This document shows, in pieces, positions 9,687 to 19,593 of a DNA stretch of 64,000 nucleotides. This DNA is from Nitrosopumilaceae archaeon (GTDB taxonomy: Archaea; Thermoproteota; Nitrososphaeria; Nitrososphaerales; Nitrosopumilaceae). The notes below the pieces were generated by a model. It saw only the letters and a list, made by a program, of their open reading frames with translations. It searched no databases and was not told the origin of the DNA. A program made the translations under genes and the position numbers. The DNA is taken from positions 960,001-1,024,000 of the forward strand of contig OZ242376.1 in assembly GCA_965209085.1 (NCBI GenBank), given 5' to 3'. Every line of letters begins with the position of its first letter. The stretch's first letter is position 1.

Positions 9687-10012
9687 CAAGAAACATAGGC
9701 ATTAAAGTTACAGCGCCAAACTTGGAGATAAAAAAAGGCGACATAAAAAATCCATTCAACGGAACACTCTCAATACGCGGCAAAATATTCGAGGGTGTTG
9801 TTGTCAGTGCGAATGCAAAAAACACGGTCGTAATTGAAAAAGATTCTCCGGTTAGATTTTCAAAATTCAAAAGATATGCCAGGGGTAAAAGCAGCATTCA
9901 TGCCCACGTTCCATCCAACATTGAGATTAATGAGGGCGATAAAGTAATGGCCGCAGAATGTAGACCGATTGCAAAATCAGTCTCATTTGTCATAATAGAG
10001 GTGCTCAAATAA
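9683..10012 (+). CDS. rps17: 30S ribosomal protein S17 (uS17)
   Basis: KFKRY and ECRPIAKSVSF motifs. Confidence 0.96.
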   Translation: MTRNIGIKVTAPNLEIKKGDIKNPFNGTLSIRGKIFEGVVVSANAKNTVVIEKDSPVRFSKFKRYARGKSSIHAHVPSNIEINEGDKVMAAECRPIAKSVSFVIIEVLK

Positions 10013-10446
10013 TGTCACAGGGTAGAAGCCGCGGCAAAGCCAAAGGTGTGGAGGAATTTAGGCCATATGTTACACGCGCCCTGCCAGTTGGTGCCCAGAT
10101 AACGTGCGCCGACAACAGCGGTGCAAAGATACTTGAAATTATTATGGTTCATAAAATAAAAACCCGTGTTTCACGTCTTCCTGCAGCAGCAGTCGGGGAT
10201 TTTGTAAACGTCGTGGTAAAAAAAGGGCCAGCAGAGCTGCGCAAACAGGTACATGGTGCCGTTATAGTCAGACAAAAATATGCCGTCAGGAGGCTAAACG
10301 GTGTAAGAGTAGCATTTGAGGATAATGCAGCAGTGCTTGTCACCCCGGAAGGCGAGTTAAAGGGTACTGACATTAAAGGACCAGTTGCAGCAGAGGCTTC
10401 AGAAAAATGGCCAAGAGTTGCAAATCTGGCATCAACGGTGGTATGA
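10012..10446 (+). CDS. rpl14: 50S ribosomal protein L14 (uL14)
   Basis: CADNSGAK and FEDNAAV motifs. Confidence 0.97.
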   Translation: MSQGRSRGKAKGVEEFRPYVTRALPVGAQITCADNSGAKILEIIMVHKIKTRVSRLPAAAVGDFVNVVVKKGPAELRKQVHGAVIVRQKYAVRRLNGVRVAFEDNAAVLVTPEGELKGTDIKGPVAAEASEKWPRVANLASTVV

Positions 10447-10447
10447 T

Positions 10448-11005
10448 ATGAAGCCTACAAAGATGAGAAATATGCAGATATACAGAGCCTCGTTGGAATT
10501 CCGTAGTCGCCAGCTTGCAAGTCCGCTCTCAAAAGATTTGCGCAAAAAATACGGCAAACGCAGTGCCCGTGTAATCGAAGGAGATACCATACTGATTGTC
10601 CGCGGAGAATACAAAGAGATATCCGGCAAGGTGATAAAATCAAATGCGGCAGACGGCACCATAGCCATAGAAGATGTTAAAAAAGAAAAAGGCAAAGGGG
10701 ACAAGATAGATGTCATGGTGCACGCATCAAACGTGGTAATTACAGCTCTTGATACAACCGACAAATGGAGACGGGCCCGTTTGGAAGGCAAAAAATCCAA
10801 AGTTAAAAATTCAACAACGGATACGGTTGCAAATGTCAAACCCACAGCTAGTACAAAACCGGCAGAGAGTACAAAACCGACGGAGGGTGCACAATCATCA
10901 GCTAGTACAAAACCGGCAGAGAGTACAAAACCGGCAGAGAGTACAAAACCGGCAGAGAGTACAAAACCGGCAGAGAGTACAAAACCGACGGAGGGTGCAC
11001 AATAA
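10448..11005 (+). CDS. rpl24: 50S ribosomal protein L24 (uL24) with an STKPAE-repeat tail
   Basis: [13 protein letters not shown] motif [15 protein letters not shown]; start at ATG 10448. Confidence 0.93.
   Translation: MKPTKMRNMQIYRASLEFRSRQLASPLSKDLRKKYGKRSARVIEGDTILIVRGEYKEISGKVIKSNAADGTIAIEDVKKEKGKGDKIDVMVHASNVVITALDTTDKWRRARLEGKKSKVKNSTTDTVANVKPTASTKPAESTKPTEGAQSSASTKPAESTKPAESTKPAESTKPAESTKPTEGAQ
10845..11002 (+). repeat. 18-bp in-frame tandem repeats (agtacaaaaccggcagag)
   Basis: Directly visible; encodes [12 protein letters not shown] units. Confidence 0.95.
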
Positions 11006-11724
11006 TGGTCAGCATTGCAGGCAGTAAAAAACTAAAACGTCAAATGGCTCCGCAGTTTTGGGGAATAACACGCAAGAGTAAACGGTTTGTGGTTACGGTA
11101 AAATCAGGCGCACATCCAAAAGAATTTTCAGTCCCACTGGCAGTTTTCCTGCGCGATACGCTACAAATTGTAAAAACTCTTCGTGAAGCCAAAGCCAGCA
11201 TTTACGGAAACAAGCTAAAAGTTGACGGAATTGTCCGCAAATCACTCCACCACGGACTTGGCCTCATGGACGTAATAGAACTAGACGGAATAAAAGAAAT
11301 TTACAGAATGGTTCCACGCGATGGGGCGATTTTGAAACCGGTCGTAATAGATGATTCTGAAAAAACAAAAAAAATATGCCGCATTACCAGCAAAACCACA
11401 CTAAACGGAGGCAAGATGCAGATTGGACTGCACGATGGAAGGAGTATCATATCTGATGTAAAAGCATCCGTGGGTGATTCATGTATTTTGGAGGTTCCAA
11501 GTCAGAACATTGTGGAAATCATAAAAATGGAGCCTGGAACTGTTGCAATAGTAACGCGCGGGGTAAACGCCGGACAGCTTGGCACCATAAAGGCCGTAAA
11601 AGAAGGCACATTTATGCTTCCAAAGATGATCTCTTTGGAGTTAAAAGGAAGACAGGTGAAGATACCCACGGGAATAATAATACCCGTTGGTAGCGGAAAG
11701 CCGGCACTGGGGATTGGTAAGTAG
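11005..11724 (+). CDS. rps4e: 30S ribosomal protein S4e (eS4)
   Basis: KKLKRQMAP.FW, VDG and LHDGR motifs. Confidence 0.96.
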   Translation: MVSIAGSKKLKRQMAPQFWGITRKSKRFVVTVKSGAHPKEFSVPLAVFLRDTLQIVKTLREAKASIYGNKLKVDGIVRKSLHHGLGLMDVIELDGIKEIYRMVPRDGAILKPVVIDDSEKTKKICRITSKTTLNGGKMQIGLHDGRSIISDVKASVGDSCILEVPSQNIVEIIKMEPGTVAIVTRGVNAGQLGTIKAVKEGTFMLPKMISLELKGRQVKIPTGIIIPVGSGKPALGIGK

Positions 11725-11726
11725 AC

Positions 11727-12251
11727 ATGTCAGAGCAAACCACAGAAAATATCATGAAAAAGATTACCCTCTCAAAGGTGGTTCTAAACATGGGAGTTGG
11801 TAAATCCGGCGATGCAATAGTAACTTGCAAAAAAGCGCTCGATTACATATCTGGTAAAAAATCATGTGCTAGAAACGCAAAAGAAAGCCAGAGGGACTTT
11901 GGTGTCCGCAAAGGCGAACCAATAGGCGTTGCAGTTACAATACGCGGCAAGGATGCAATGTTGCTCTTAAAACGGCTCTTGGATGCAAAAGGTAATACAC
12001 TGCGCGGCAAATCTTTTGATAATTTTGGCAACGTCTCTTTTGGGATTAAAGAGCACATAGACATACCGAATGTAAAATACGATCCACACATCGGCATACT
12101 TGGTCTTGACGTGGCAGTATCGCTCAATAGACCCGGATTCAGCATACGCACGCGTAGCCGTCACAAGGCAAAATTGGGGAAAAATCACAAAATTACAGCA
12201 TTGCAGGCACAAGGCTTCATATCAAAGGAATTTGGGACGGACATGGTATAA
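11727..12251 (+). CDS. rpl5: 50S ribosomal protein L5 (uL5)
   Basis: [10 protein letters not shown] and [12 protein letters not shown] motifs. Confidence 0.97.
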   Translation: MSEQTTENIMKKITLSKVVLNMGVGKSGDAIVTCKKALDYISGKKSCARNAKESQRDFGVRKGEPIGVAVTIRGKDAMLLLKRLLDAKGNTLRGKSFDNFGNVSFGIKEHIDIPNVKYDPHIGILGLDVAVSLNRPGFSIRTRSRHKAKLGKNHKITALQAQGFISKEFGTDMV

Positions 12252-12252
12252 A

Positions 12253-12432
12253 ATGGCCAAAGACAGAAGCTACGAGAGTACGGGAAGAAAAAAGCACAAC
12301 TTTGGCCGCGGTTCCAAATGGTGTAAAAGATGCGGGGATTATACTGCGGTAATTCAAAAATATGACTTAATGCTGTGTAGGCGATGCTTTAGGGAAGTCG
12401 CAATCGATCTGGGGTTTAAGAAAAACAGGTGA
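12253..12432 (+). CDS. rps14: 30S ribosomal protein S14 (uS14, zinc-binding type)
   Basis: CKRC…LCRRCFRE…LGFKK; start at ATG 12253 inside track ORF 12100..12432. Confidence 0.95.
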   Translation: MAKDRSYESTGRKKHNFGRGSKWCKRCGDYTAVIQKYDLMLCRRCFREVAIDLGFKKNR

Positions 12433-12437
12433 TATGA

Positions 12438-12830
12438 ATGCCGGCAACTAATATTATAGCAAATTTGTTTGTCACCTTGTACAATACAGGTGCGCGCAGA
12501 AAACGCCAGTGTACGATATATCCAACCTCCAATCTTGGAGTCGAGGTTTTAAAGACGCTGCAAAAAGACGGATATATTCAAAGCTACGAGTACGTTGATG
12601 ACAAAAGAGGCGGCAAATTCAAAATCGAACTTGGTGCAAAAATTACAAAATGCGGATCCATATCGCCGCGCTTTAGGGTCTCAAAGGACGAGTATACTTT
12701 TTGGGAGAGGCAGTATCTTCCAGCATACAACAGGGGAATGCTGCTTGTCACTACAAACCAGGGCGTAATGTCCCATCATACAGCGGCAGAAAAAGGAATA
12801 GGGGGGTTTTTGATAGGGTATGTCTTCTAA
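12438..12830 (+). CDS. rps8: 30S ribosomal protein S8 (uS8)
   Basis: CGSISPRF and TTNQGVMSH motifs. Confidence 0.96.
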   Translation: MPATNIIANLFVTLYNTGARRKRQCTIYPTSNLGVEVLKTLQKDGYIQSYEYVDDKRGGKFKIELGAKITKCGSISPRFRVSKDEYTFWERQYLPAYNRGMLLVTTNQGVMSHHTAAEKGIGGFLIGYVF

Positions 12831-13380
12831 TCAACAATCCCAAAAAACTTCACAGGAAATTGCCATACCTGACGGAGTCAGTGTAAGCATCAAAGGCAGA
12901 ATGATGCACGTGCAAGGTCCGCTTGGAGAGACGTTTAAAAATTTCAGAAAAATACCAGTGGATATAGAAATTGGTGAAAAAACCGTCACCATAAAATCAC
13001 GCGGTACGCGCAAACATGATTACTCCATAATGAATACGGCCCGCTCGCTTGTCCGCGTCCTCTTTGAGGGAATTGTTACAGGGTATACGATAAAAATGAA
13101 AATTGTATACGCCCATTTTCCAGTTACAGTATCTGTGAAAAACAACATTGTGCAGATTGAAAATTTCCAAGGAGAACGCTCGGCCCGTTTGGCCGACATT
13201 GTGGGTAAAACCAAAGTCGTTCCAAAGGGTGAGGTTGTTACAATTACAGGGGCCGTCTTAACGGATGTAACGCAGACTGCTGCAAACATTGCACAAAATA
13301 CAAAGGTAAAAAACAAAGATCACCGCGTATTTTTGGACGGCATATACATTGAAGAGCAAAAATCAGGCATTGAGAAATAA
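12820..13380 (+). CDS. rpl6: 50S ribosomal protein L6 (uL6)
   Basis: YAHFP and KDHRVFLDGIY motifs. Confidence 0.96.
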   Translation: MSSNQQSQKTSQEIAIPDGVSVSIKGRMMHVQGPLGETFKNFRKIPVDIEIGEKTVTIKSRGTRKHDYSIMNTARSLVRVLFEGIVTGYTIKMKIVYAHFPVTVSVKNNIVQIENFQGERSARLADIVGKTKVVPKGEVVTITGAVLTDVTQTAANIAQNTKVKNKDHRVFLDGIYIEEQKSGIEK

Positions 13381-13391
13381 CCTGCCAGGAT

Positions 13392-13694
13392 ATGTTATCC
13401 GTGACTCTAGATTCTGAATATAAAAAACGGACAGATGAGCTAGTATCGCAGTCATTAGAGCTGTACAAAAAAGCCGGAGCATCCCCTCGCATATCTGATG
13501 TATGGCATGCCAAAAGGCAGGGTGATTTTTTATGCGGATTTTTTGTCGGAGAAATGGTGGGCTCGGCACTCAGTGCGTTCCAGTCTTTTCACAAACGCGA
13601 ACCGACAGGACCTGAGCATGCTGAAATTGTTGACATTGTAGAGGCGTATGCAGAGCAAATCAGGGATTTTTTTGCAAAGTTTAACCCGCAATGA
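13392..13694 (+). CDS. Hypothetical protein (100 aa)
   Basis: Fills the gap after rpl6, co-oriented with it, with plausible protein composition. Confidence 0.7.
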   Translation: MLSVTLDSEYKKRTDELVSQSLELYKKAGASPRISDVWHAKRQGDFLCGFFVGEMVGSALSAFQSFHKREPTGPEHAEIVDIVEAYAEQIRDFFAKFNPQ

Positions 13695-14719
13695 GCAAGG
13701 TTTTACAGCCTCGTAAAATCCCTAGTCTGCAAAAAGAATTAAACCGCATGAATACAGGGATAGTCATGGAATCAAAGCAGGCGTTTTTGGAGGCGTTGGC
13801 AGAAAGGATACTAGTGTTTGATGGCGCAATGGGGACTGAAATTCAAAAACTCTCTCCTGAACCGGAGGATTTTCCCGACAAAAAGGACGGCTTTAATGAC
13901 GGACTTGTTTTAACACATCCTGAATGGATTGTAAAAATTCATGAAAAATACATCAGGGCCGGAGCTGACTGCATAGAAACAAACACGTTTGGATCAAACA
14001 AGATAAAGCTAGACGAATACGGTTTTGGCCAGAGAACAGTTGAGATTAACGAAAAGGCAGTCTCGCTTGCATTACAAGCTGCAGAAAACACGAAAAAACT
14101 CTGCTACATCATAGGTACAATGGGTCCAAGCGGATATCTTCCAAGCTCACACGATCCGGATCTTGGGCAGATACCCCTCTTGGAGATACGCGAGGCGTAC
14201 GAGTTGCAGGCAGTTGGACTTGTATCCGGCGGGGCTGATGCCATATTGATAGAGACAAGTCAGGACATATTGGAGGTAAAGCTTGCAGTGCAGGGGGCAC
14301 ATGTTGCAATGCAAAAAACCAGCACAAAGATTCCCATAATTGCAAACGTCACGTTGGATCAGTACGGTAAGATGCTTCTTGGTACAAAGATAGATGCTGC
14401 ATACACCACAGTGTCCCCAATGGGCATAGACGTGTTTGGTCTAAACTGTTCCACAGGTCCTGAAGAGATGGAAGAGAGTATAAGATGGCTCAACGAGGAA
14501 GCATTGCATCCAATCATCATAGTTCCAAATGCAGGAATGCCGGTAAACGAGGGCGGCGTTGCAAAATACGGCATGGGTCCCAAAGATATGTCCGCATCCC
14601 TTGGCAGATTCCTTGTCAAATATCCTGCCATACGCATCATAGGCGGATGTTGCGGTACCACACCAGAGCATACAAAGGCGTTTCGGGAGACAGTCGATGC
14701 TGTCCCAAAGGCGCGCTAG
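13691..14719 (+). CDS. Homocysteine S-methyltransferase module of a split B12-dependent methionine synthase
   Basis: FDGAMGT, GLNCS and IGGCCGTTP zinc-binding motifs; the true start may be 13748 or 13766. Confidence 0.93.
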   Translation: MSKVLQPRKIPSLQKELNRMNTGIVMESKQAFLEALAERILVFDGAMGTEIQKLSPEPEDFPDKKDGFNDGLVLTHPEWIVKIHEKYIRAGADCIETNTFGSNKIKLDEYGFGQRTVEINEKAVSLALQAAENTKKLCYIIGTMGPSGYLPSSHDPDLGQIPLLEIREAYELQAVGLVSGGADAILIETSQDILEVKLAVQGAHVAMQKTSTKIPIIANVTLDQYGKMLLGTKIDAAYTTVSPMGIDVFGLNCSTGPEEMEESIRWLNEEALHPIIIVPNAGMPVNEGGVAKYGMGPKDMSASLGRFLVKYPAIRIIGGCCGTTPEHTKAFRETVDAVPKAR

Positions 14720-14762
14720 TTTGACCCGCGAAGTATTTACAAAGCGCAAAATATACACCAGT

Positions 14763-17228
14763 ATGAATGAGCAAAGAATCAGCTCCGCGCTTAGCTCAAT
14801 AAAGATACGGCAGGTTCCGGCTCCGCTGATAATAGGCGAAAGGCTCAACACGCAGGGTTCAAGAATCGCAAAAAGGCTCGTAATGGAAAACGACTACGAG
14901 GGTTTGCTGAGTCTTGCCAGAGAACAGGTGGATAATGGAGCCCACTGTCTTGACGTATGTGTTGCCACCACAGAGAGGGATGATGAAAAAGAATTCATGT
15001 GCAATCTTGTAAAACATCTCTGCCTTACAGTTGATGCCCCTCTGGTAATAGATTCCACGGATCCGGAAGTGATAGAGGCATCACTTGAGCAGATTCCAGC
15101 CTTGCCCATAATAAATTCAATAAATCTTGAAGGGGACGGTTCCCGCTTTAGGCAGATTGCCCCACTTATGGCAAAATACGGCGCCCCTGCCATCGCAATG
15201 TGCATAGGACCGGATGGCATGGCAAAAACCCCAAAAGAGAAACTGCAGGTTGCGCAAATGATGGTAAAGGAAGGTGAAAAATACGGACTTGGGAAACAAC
15301 AGTTTGTCTTTGATGTTTTAACATTTACCCTGGCAACTGGCGAGGAAGAATTTCGCAGTGCTGGGAAAAACACATTGGATGGAATACGCATGGTGCACGA
15401 GAATATGCCCGAATCATATACTGTCTTGGGGTTAAGTAACATCAGTTTTGGACTAGAAAAGCAGGCAAGAATTGTGATAAATTCAGTATTTTTGCACCAT
15501 GCTGTAAAAGCGGGACTTGATTGCGCAATAGTAAATGCAAAAGAGATTATTCCATACGGGGAGATTGAATCTGCCGAGATACGTCTAACAGAAGATCTGA
15601 TATTTGATAAATCCGAGGACGCACTTGCGAATCTCATATCTTATTTTGATGGGGTAAAACCTGCAACAATGGGGAAAAAACAGGACAGGATGGACGAGTC
15701 GTGGAGCTGGGGTAAAAAATGCAATTACCGCATCATGCACCGGTTAAAGGATGGGATAGAAAAGGATGTGGTTTTTTCAATATCTGAAAAACTGCCAAAA
15801 GGTGTGCTCATATCAGATGCCAACGAGGTTGAAAAACACAAAGCTGCCTTGGGCACGTTAAATGAGGATCTTCTTCCTGCCATGAAAGAGGTCGGCGATA
15901 AATTTGGAGCAGGCGAGCTTATACTGCCGTTTGTGCTAAAATCCGCCGAATGTATGAAAGCTGCAGTCAGGGAGCTTGAAAAATATCTCATGCAAAAAGA
16001 AGGCACCTCAAAGGGGATTTTTGTGTTAGGTACAGTGCAGGGCGATGTGCACGATATTGGGAAAAATCTGGTAAAGACAATATTTGAAAACAACGGATAT
16101 ACCGTACATGATCTTGGAAAACAGGTTCCGCTTCAGAAATTTCTTGAAAAAATAAAAGAGACGAATCCAGACGCTATAGGATTATCTGCACTATTGGTTG
16201 CAACATCCAAACAAATGGGTTTGTTTGTAGAGCATGCAAGAAAAGCCGGAATGAATCTGCCGGTTTTGTGCGGAGGGGCAGCTGTTAACAGCAGCTTTGT
16301 AAACAGAATTGCCAAAAAAGATTCAGTGTACAACCCCGGGGTCTTTTACTGCAATACCATGTTTGAGGGGCTAAAGATAATGGACAAACTTGTATCAGAT
16401 GAGCGCGAAGAGTTTGTGCTCAAATGGCGGGGAAAAATGGACAAATGGACCGAGAATGTACAGGTAAAGACCCCCTCGGTGCAGCGCAGCGATATCAAAC
16501 CAGTAAATCCGCCAAAAATTCCCAAAACTGGCAGGGCTACAAATCTTGACAAAAACGACATACCTTTGGATAAGGTCTGGGAGATGATGGATGAAAAATC
16601 CCTCTTCAAACTTTCATGGGGCATAAGGGGAAATGCTGCAAAAAAAACCGATATTGATACAGATGAGCTCTTGTTACAGTGGAAAGAAAGGGTGAAAAGG
16701 GACAATCTTTTCGAGCCACACATAGTGTACGGATATTACAAATGCAAAGGTATGGGGACAAAGCTGGAGGTTAAAAAATGGGACGGTGGAACGGTGACTT
16801 TTGATTTTCCGCGCTCCGGGCATGAGAGACGTTTGTGCATACCAGATTATTTTGGAAATGATGATACAGTTGCATTCCAGGCAGTTACTGTGGGAAAAAA
16901 AGTGGCAGATCTTGTTGAAAAATGGAACAAAGAAGACCAGTATACTGACGCATATTACCTGCACGGTCTTGCGGTGGAGACAGCTGAGGCTCTAGCAGAA
17001 TGGACGCACAATAAAATACGAGCCGAGCTTGGAATCGGAGATTCGGGTCTGCGATACAGCTGGGGATTTCCAAGCTGCCCAGATGTAGGTCAACACAGGC
17101 ATGTATGGGATCTGCTGCAACCTGCAAAAGAGATAATGGAGATAACAAAAGAGGGTCAGATTATACCAGAGCAGTCAACTGCGGCTATTGTGGTGCACCA
17201 TCCAAAAGCTGCATATTTTACAATCTAG
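14763..17228 (+). CDS. metH: Methionine synthase (pterin-binding, B12-binding and reactivation domains)
   Basis: IIGERLN, GLSNISFG, cobalamin motif GDVHDIGKN and RYSWGFPSCP; start set at ATG 14763. Confidence 0.93.
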   Translation: MNEQRISSALSSIKIRQVPAPLIIGERLNTQGSRIAKRLVMENDYEGLLSLAREQVDNGAHCLDVCVATTERDDEKEFMCNLVKHLCLTVDAPLVIDSTDPEVIEASLEQIPALPIINSINLEGDGSRFRQIAPLMAKYGAPAIAMCIGPDGMAKTPKEKLQVAQMMVKEGEKYGLGKQQFVFDVLTFTLATGEEEFRSAGKNTLDGIRMVHENMPESYTVLGLSNISFGLEKQARIVINSVFLHHAVKAGLDCAIVNAKEIIPYGEIESAEIRLTEDLIFDKSEDALANLISYFDGVKPATMGKKQDRMDESWSWGKKCNYRIMHRLKDGIEKDVVFSISEKLPKGVLISDANEVEKHKAALGTLNEDLLPAMKEVGDKFGAGELILPFVLKSAECMKAAVRELEKYLMQKEGTSKGIFVLGTVQGDVHDIGKNLVKTIFENNGYTVHDLGKQVPLQKFLEKIKETNPDAIGLSALLVATSKQMGLFVEHARKAGMNLPVLCGGAAVNSSFVNRIAKKDSVYNPGVFYCNTMFEGLKIMDKLVSDEREEFVLKWRGKMDKWTENVQVKTPSVQRSDIKPVNPPKIPKTGRATNLDKNDIPLDKVWEMMDEKSLFKLSWGIRGNAAKKTDIDTDELLLQWKERVKRDNLFEPHIVYGYYKCKGMGTKLEVKKWDGGTVTFDFPRSGHERRLCIPDYFGNDDTVAFQAVTVGKKVADLVEKWNKEDQYTDAYYLHGLAVETAEALAEWTHNKIRAELGIGDSGLRYSWGFPSCPDVGQHRHVWDLLQPAKEIMEITKEGQIIPEQSTAAIVVHHPKAAYFTI

Positions 17229-17950
17229 AGTGCATCCATCATATCCGATGCTGCCTGCATATCACTTGGGGACGTCAACAAGACATCGCCGGCAGTATCG
17301 TGTACTGATTTGATAAATTCAAAAGCATTTTGTGAATATGATGACCAGTCAAGATTGAGAAATTTTGCAGACGCGGCATTTTTTTCCGATGGAATCAGTA
17401 TGCACGGGATGGTGCGAAATCCCAATGGTGCAAATTTTTTACAAATGCCGGAGACATCATCCATGCTGCGTATTACCTGTGTGAAAAATCCAGCAGGGCA
17501 AGAGTCTATTTTTTTTTGAATTTTTGCATAATTTGGCCTGCTTGGAACAGACAGGTATGTCCTGATTGCAGCGCTTGTAGTTTTGGCAACCGCACTTGGA
17601 ATCAGTCCAGAATCCCCCCCCTTGCCCGGATCCCCTTTCACTACAAGAATTCCGTCAATTTTTCCATCACATGTTTTTAAGACAAATTGCGAGACTGCCG
17701 CCTCTGTTTTGTCTATAACGCGCATGCTCACTATGATCTCAAGATTTGGGTGCGATTTTTTGATTATGCCCGCCATGTCAATTGGATCAAGTCGCGGTTT
17801 TCCAAGTACTGAATCAGTTACTAGCACGCCTCCGCACATTTGCAGTATTGAGTCAAATTTCTTTGCCAAGTTGTGCATCCTCTCAAATGCGTCCGAATCT
17901 GACTCACTTTCGATCACTTTGGGGGGGTTTATTTCAAAAAAGATTCCCAT
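17225..17950 (-). CDS. Methylenetetrahydrofolate reductase-like protein
   Basis: FEINPPK, VTDS, GDP and FFTQ motifs; adjacent to metH. Confidence 0.75.
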   Translation of the reverse strand: MGIFFEINPPKVIESESDSDAFERMHNLAKKFDSILQMCGGVLVTDSVLGKPRLDPIDMAGIIKKSHPNLEIIVSMRVIDKTEAAVSQFVLKTCDGKIDGILVVKGDPGKGGDSGLIPSAVAKTTSAAIRTYLSVPSRPNYAKIQKKIDSCPAGFFTQVIRSMDDVSGICKKFAPLGFRTIPCILIPSEKNAASAKFLNLDWSSYSQNAFEFIKSVHDTAGDVLLTSPSDMQAASDMMDAL

Positions 17951-18017
17951 ACTTTCAATTGACGCACTCTGTGGTTAAAACCTTGACGAAACGCCAATAT
18001 CATCTGCATATGCAGGT

Positions 18018-18569
18018 ATGGTATTGGAGATATCAGATATGCGCAGAATCCTCTCAAATGTGCCATATGGGATAAAAATGAGCGGAGGTGTGCCCGCTTC
18101 AGTTTTGGTTGCAATATGCGGTCCAGATATGCGCGTTCTTTTGACAAAAAAATCCGCAAATCTTAGAATTCATGCAGGACAAATATCATTTCCCGGTGGT
18201 AAACCAGAAAAAGGCGATGCGGATTTGGCAGATACTGCCATCCGTGAAACGCACGAAGAGCTGGGATTAAATGTGAAACGCGAGCAGGTGCTAGCAAATC
18301 TTGATGATGTCAGAACCCTTGGGACAGGATATGTGATTACACCGTATGTGTGTATATTGGAAAAACAATACGATGATTTGGTTATAAATGACGAAGTGGA
18401 ACGGACGTACAGTCCGAAACTTTATGATTTACTTGAAACGCGGACGGCAGATACTATTCATGGCATACATGATGCAGTAGAGTTTGACATTAATGGCGAG
18501 GTTCTCTGGGGGGCATCAGCTAGAATACTGGAGCAGATACGCTTGGTGATAGAATCTGATTTTAAATAA
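18018..18569 (+). CDS. Nudix hydrolase, CoA pyrophosphatase type
   Basis: HAGQISFPGG…AIRETHEELG Nudix box; LWGASA. Confidence 0.9.
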   Translation: MVLEISDMRRILSNVPYGIKMSGGVPASVLVAICGPDMRVLLTKKSANLRIHAGQISFPGGKPEKGDADLADTAIRETHEELGLNVKREQVLANLDDVRTLGTGYVITPYVCILEKQYDDLVINDEVERTYSPKLYDLLETRTADTIHGIHDAVEFDINGEVLWGASARILEQIRLVIESDFK

Positions 18570-18710
18570 TATACTTTCTAGAATGCCAATCCGCCGTGCC
18601 GTGCTGACAGTTTTGGATCAATTGGATATAGTATTTTTGATGTACATTTGCAAGAATAAAGCCGCAGATTACAGTTGGTTTAAAAGTAGGTTGAAAATCT
18701 TCGTGTAAAT

Positions 18711-18869
18711 ATGGGAGCACGTAAAACATCCGCAAGAAAAATTCGTATAATAAAGAAAACCAAACAGACATCATCCGTGCCGGCATGGGTAATTGCACGC
18801 ACGCGCAGATCAGTCAGAACAAATCCAAAACGTAGAGACTGGCGGCATGCACATGCGAGGTTTGGTTAG
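18711..18869 (+). CDS. rpl39e: 50S ribosomal protein L39e (eL39)
   Basis: Manual translation MGARKTSARKIRIIKKTKQTSSVPAWVIARTRRSVRTNPKRRDWRHAHARFG*; below the ORF-track size cutoff. Confidence 0.92.
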   Translation: MGARKTSARKIRIIKKTKQTSSVPAWVIARTRRSVRTNPKRRDWRHAHARFG

Positions 18870-18870
18870 A

Positions 18871-19560
18871 TTGTCTGCAGAAACTGACCGTGTATACACC
18901 ATAAATTTGGGCAAAGTTCTACTCTCTCCGGACAACCGCAGGGCAAAACGTGCCATAAACATGATGCGCGAGTTTGCGCGCCACCACATGGGAGTATCCG
19001 AAGTAAAAATAGACATGGATGTTTCACAGTCCATATGGAGCAAAGGAATACGCCACCCTCCAAGAAAAATCAGGGTTCGCTTGCATAAAACCGACGAAGG
19101 CCATATCTTAATTTCAAAATATGAAGGAGAACAAACCGCATCCACGGAAATAAAAGATATACCTGTAAAGGATAAACCAAAAGATGTAAAGTCAAAACTT
19201 GTGGATGTAAAATCAAAACTTGTGAATGTAAAGTCAAAACCTGCGGATGTAAAAGATACACCTGCAAAGGATAAACCAACGGATGTAAAAGATACACCTG
19301 CAAAGGATAAACCAACGGATGTAAAAGATACACCTGCAAAGGATAAACCAACGGATGTAAAAGATACACCTGCAAAGGATAAACCAACGGATGTAAAAGA
19401 TACACCTGCAAAGGATAAACCAACGGATGTAAAAGATACACCTGCAAAGGATAAACCAACGGATGTAAAAGATACACCTGCAAAGGATAAACCAACGGAT
19501 GTAAAAGATGCACCTGTAAAGGATAAACCAAAAGATGCAGATAAAAAATCTACAAACTAG
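18871..19560 (+). CDS. rpl31e: 50S ribosomal protein L31e (eL31) with a long repeat tail
   Basis: RVYTINL, RAKRAI and IWSKGIRHPPRKIRVR motifs; probable TTG start immediately after rpl39e. Confidence 0.9.
   Translation: MSAETDRVYTINLGKVLLSPDNRRAKRAINMMREFARHHMGVSEVKIDMDVSQSIWSKGIRHPPRKIRVRLHKTDEGHILISKYEGEQTASTEIKDIPVKDKPKDVKSKLVDVKSKLVNVKSKPADVKDTPAKDKPTDVKDTPAKDKPTDVKDTPAKDKPTDVKDTPAKDKPTDVKDTPAKDKPTDVKDTPAKDKPTDVKDTPAKDKPTDVKDAPVKDKPKDADKKSTN
19245..19530 (+). repeat. 36-bp in-frame tandem repeats (DVKDTPAKDKPT x7 plus variants)
   Basis: ggatgtaaaagatacacctgcaaaggataaaccaac repeated head to tail. Confidence 0.95.
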
Positions 19561-19593
19561 TAAAAAATCAAAATTTTTCTTATAATGAAACTA

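Noticed and set aside
13691-17228. Split methionine synthase as a pseudogene or novelty
   Set aside because: Both parts keep their catalytic motifs, and split MetH is a known arrangement.
19245-19530. 36-bp repeats as a CRISPR array
   Set aside because: There are no spacers, the repeats are in frame inside rpl31e, and no cas genes are present in the window.
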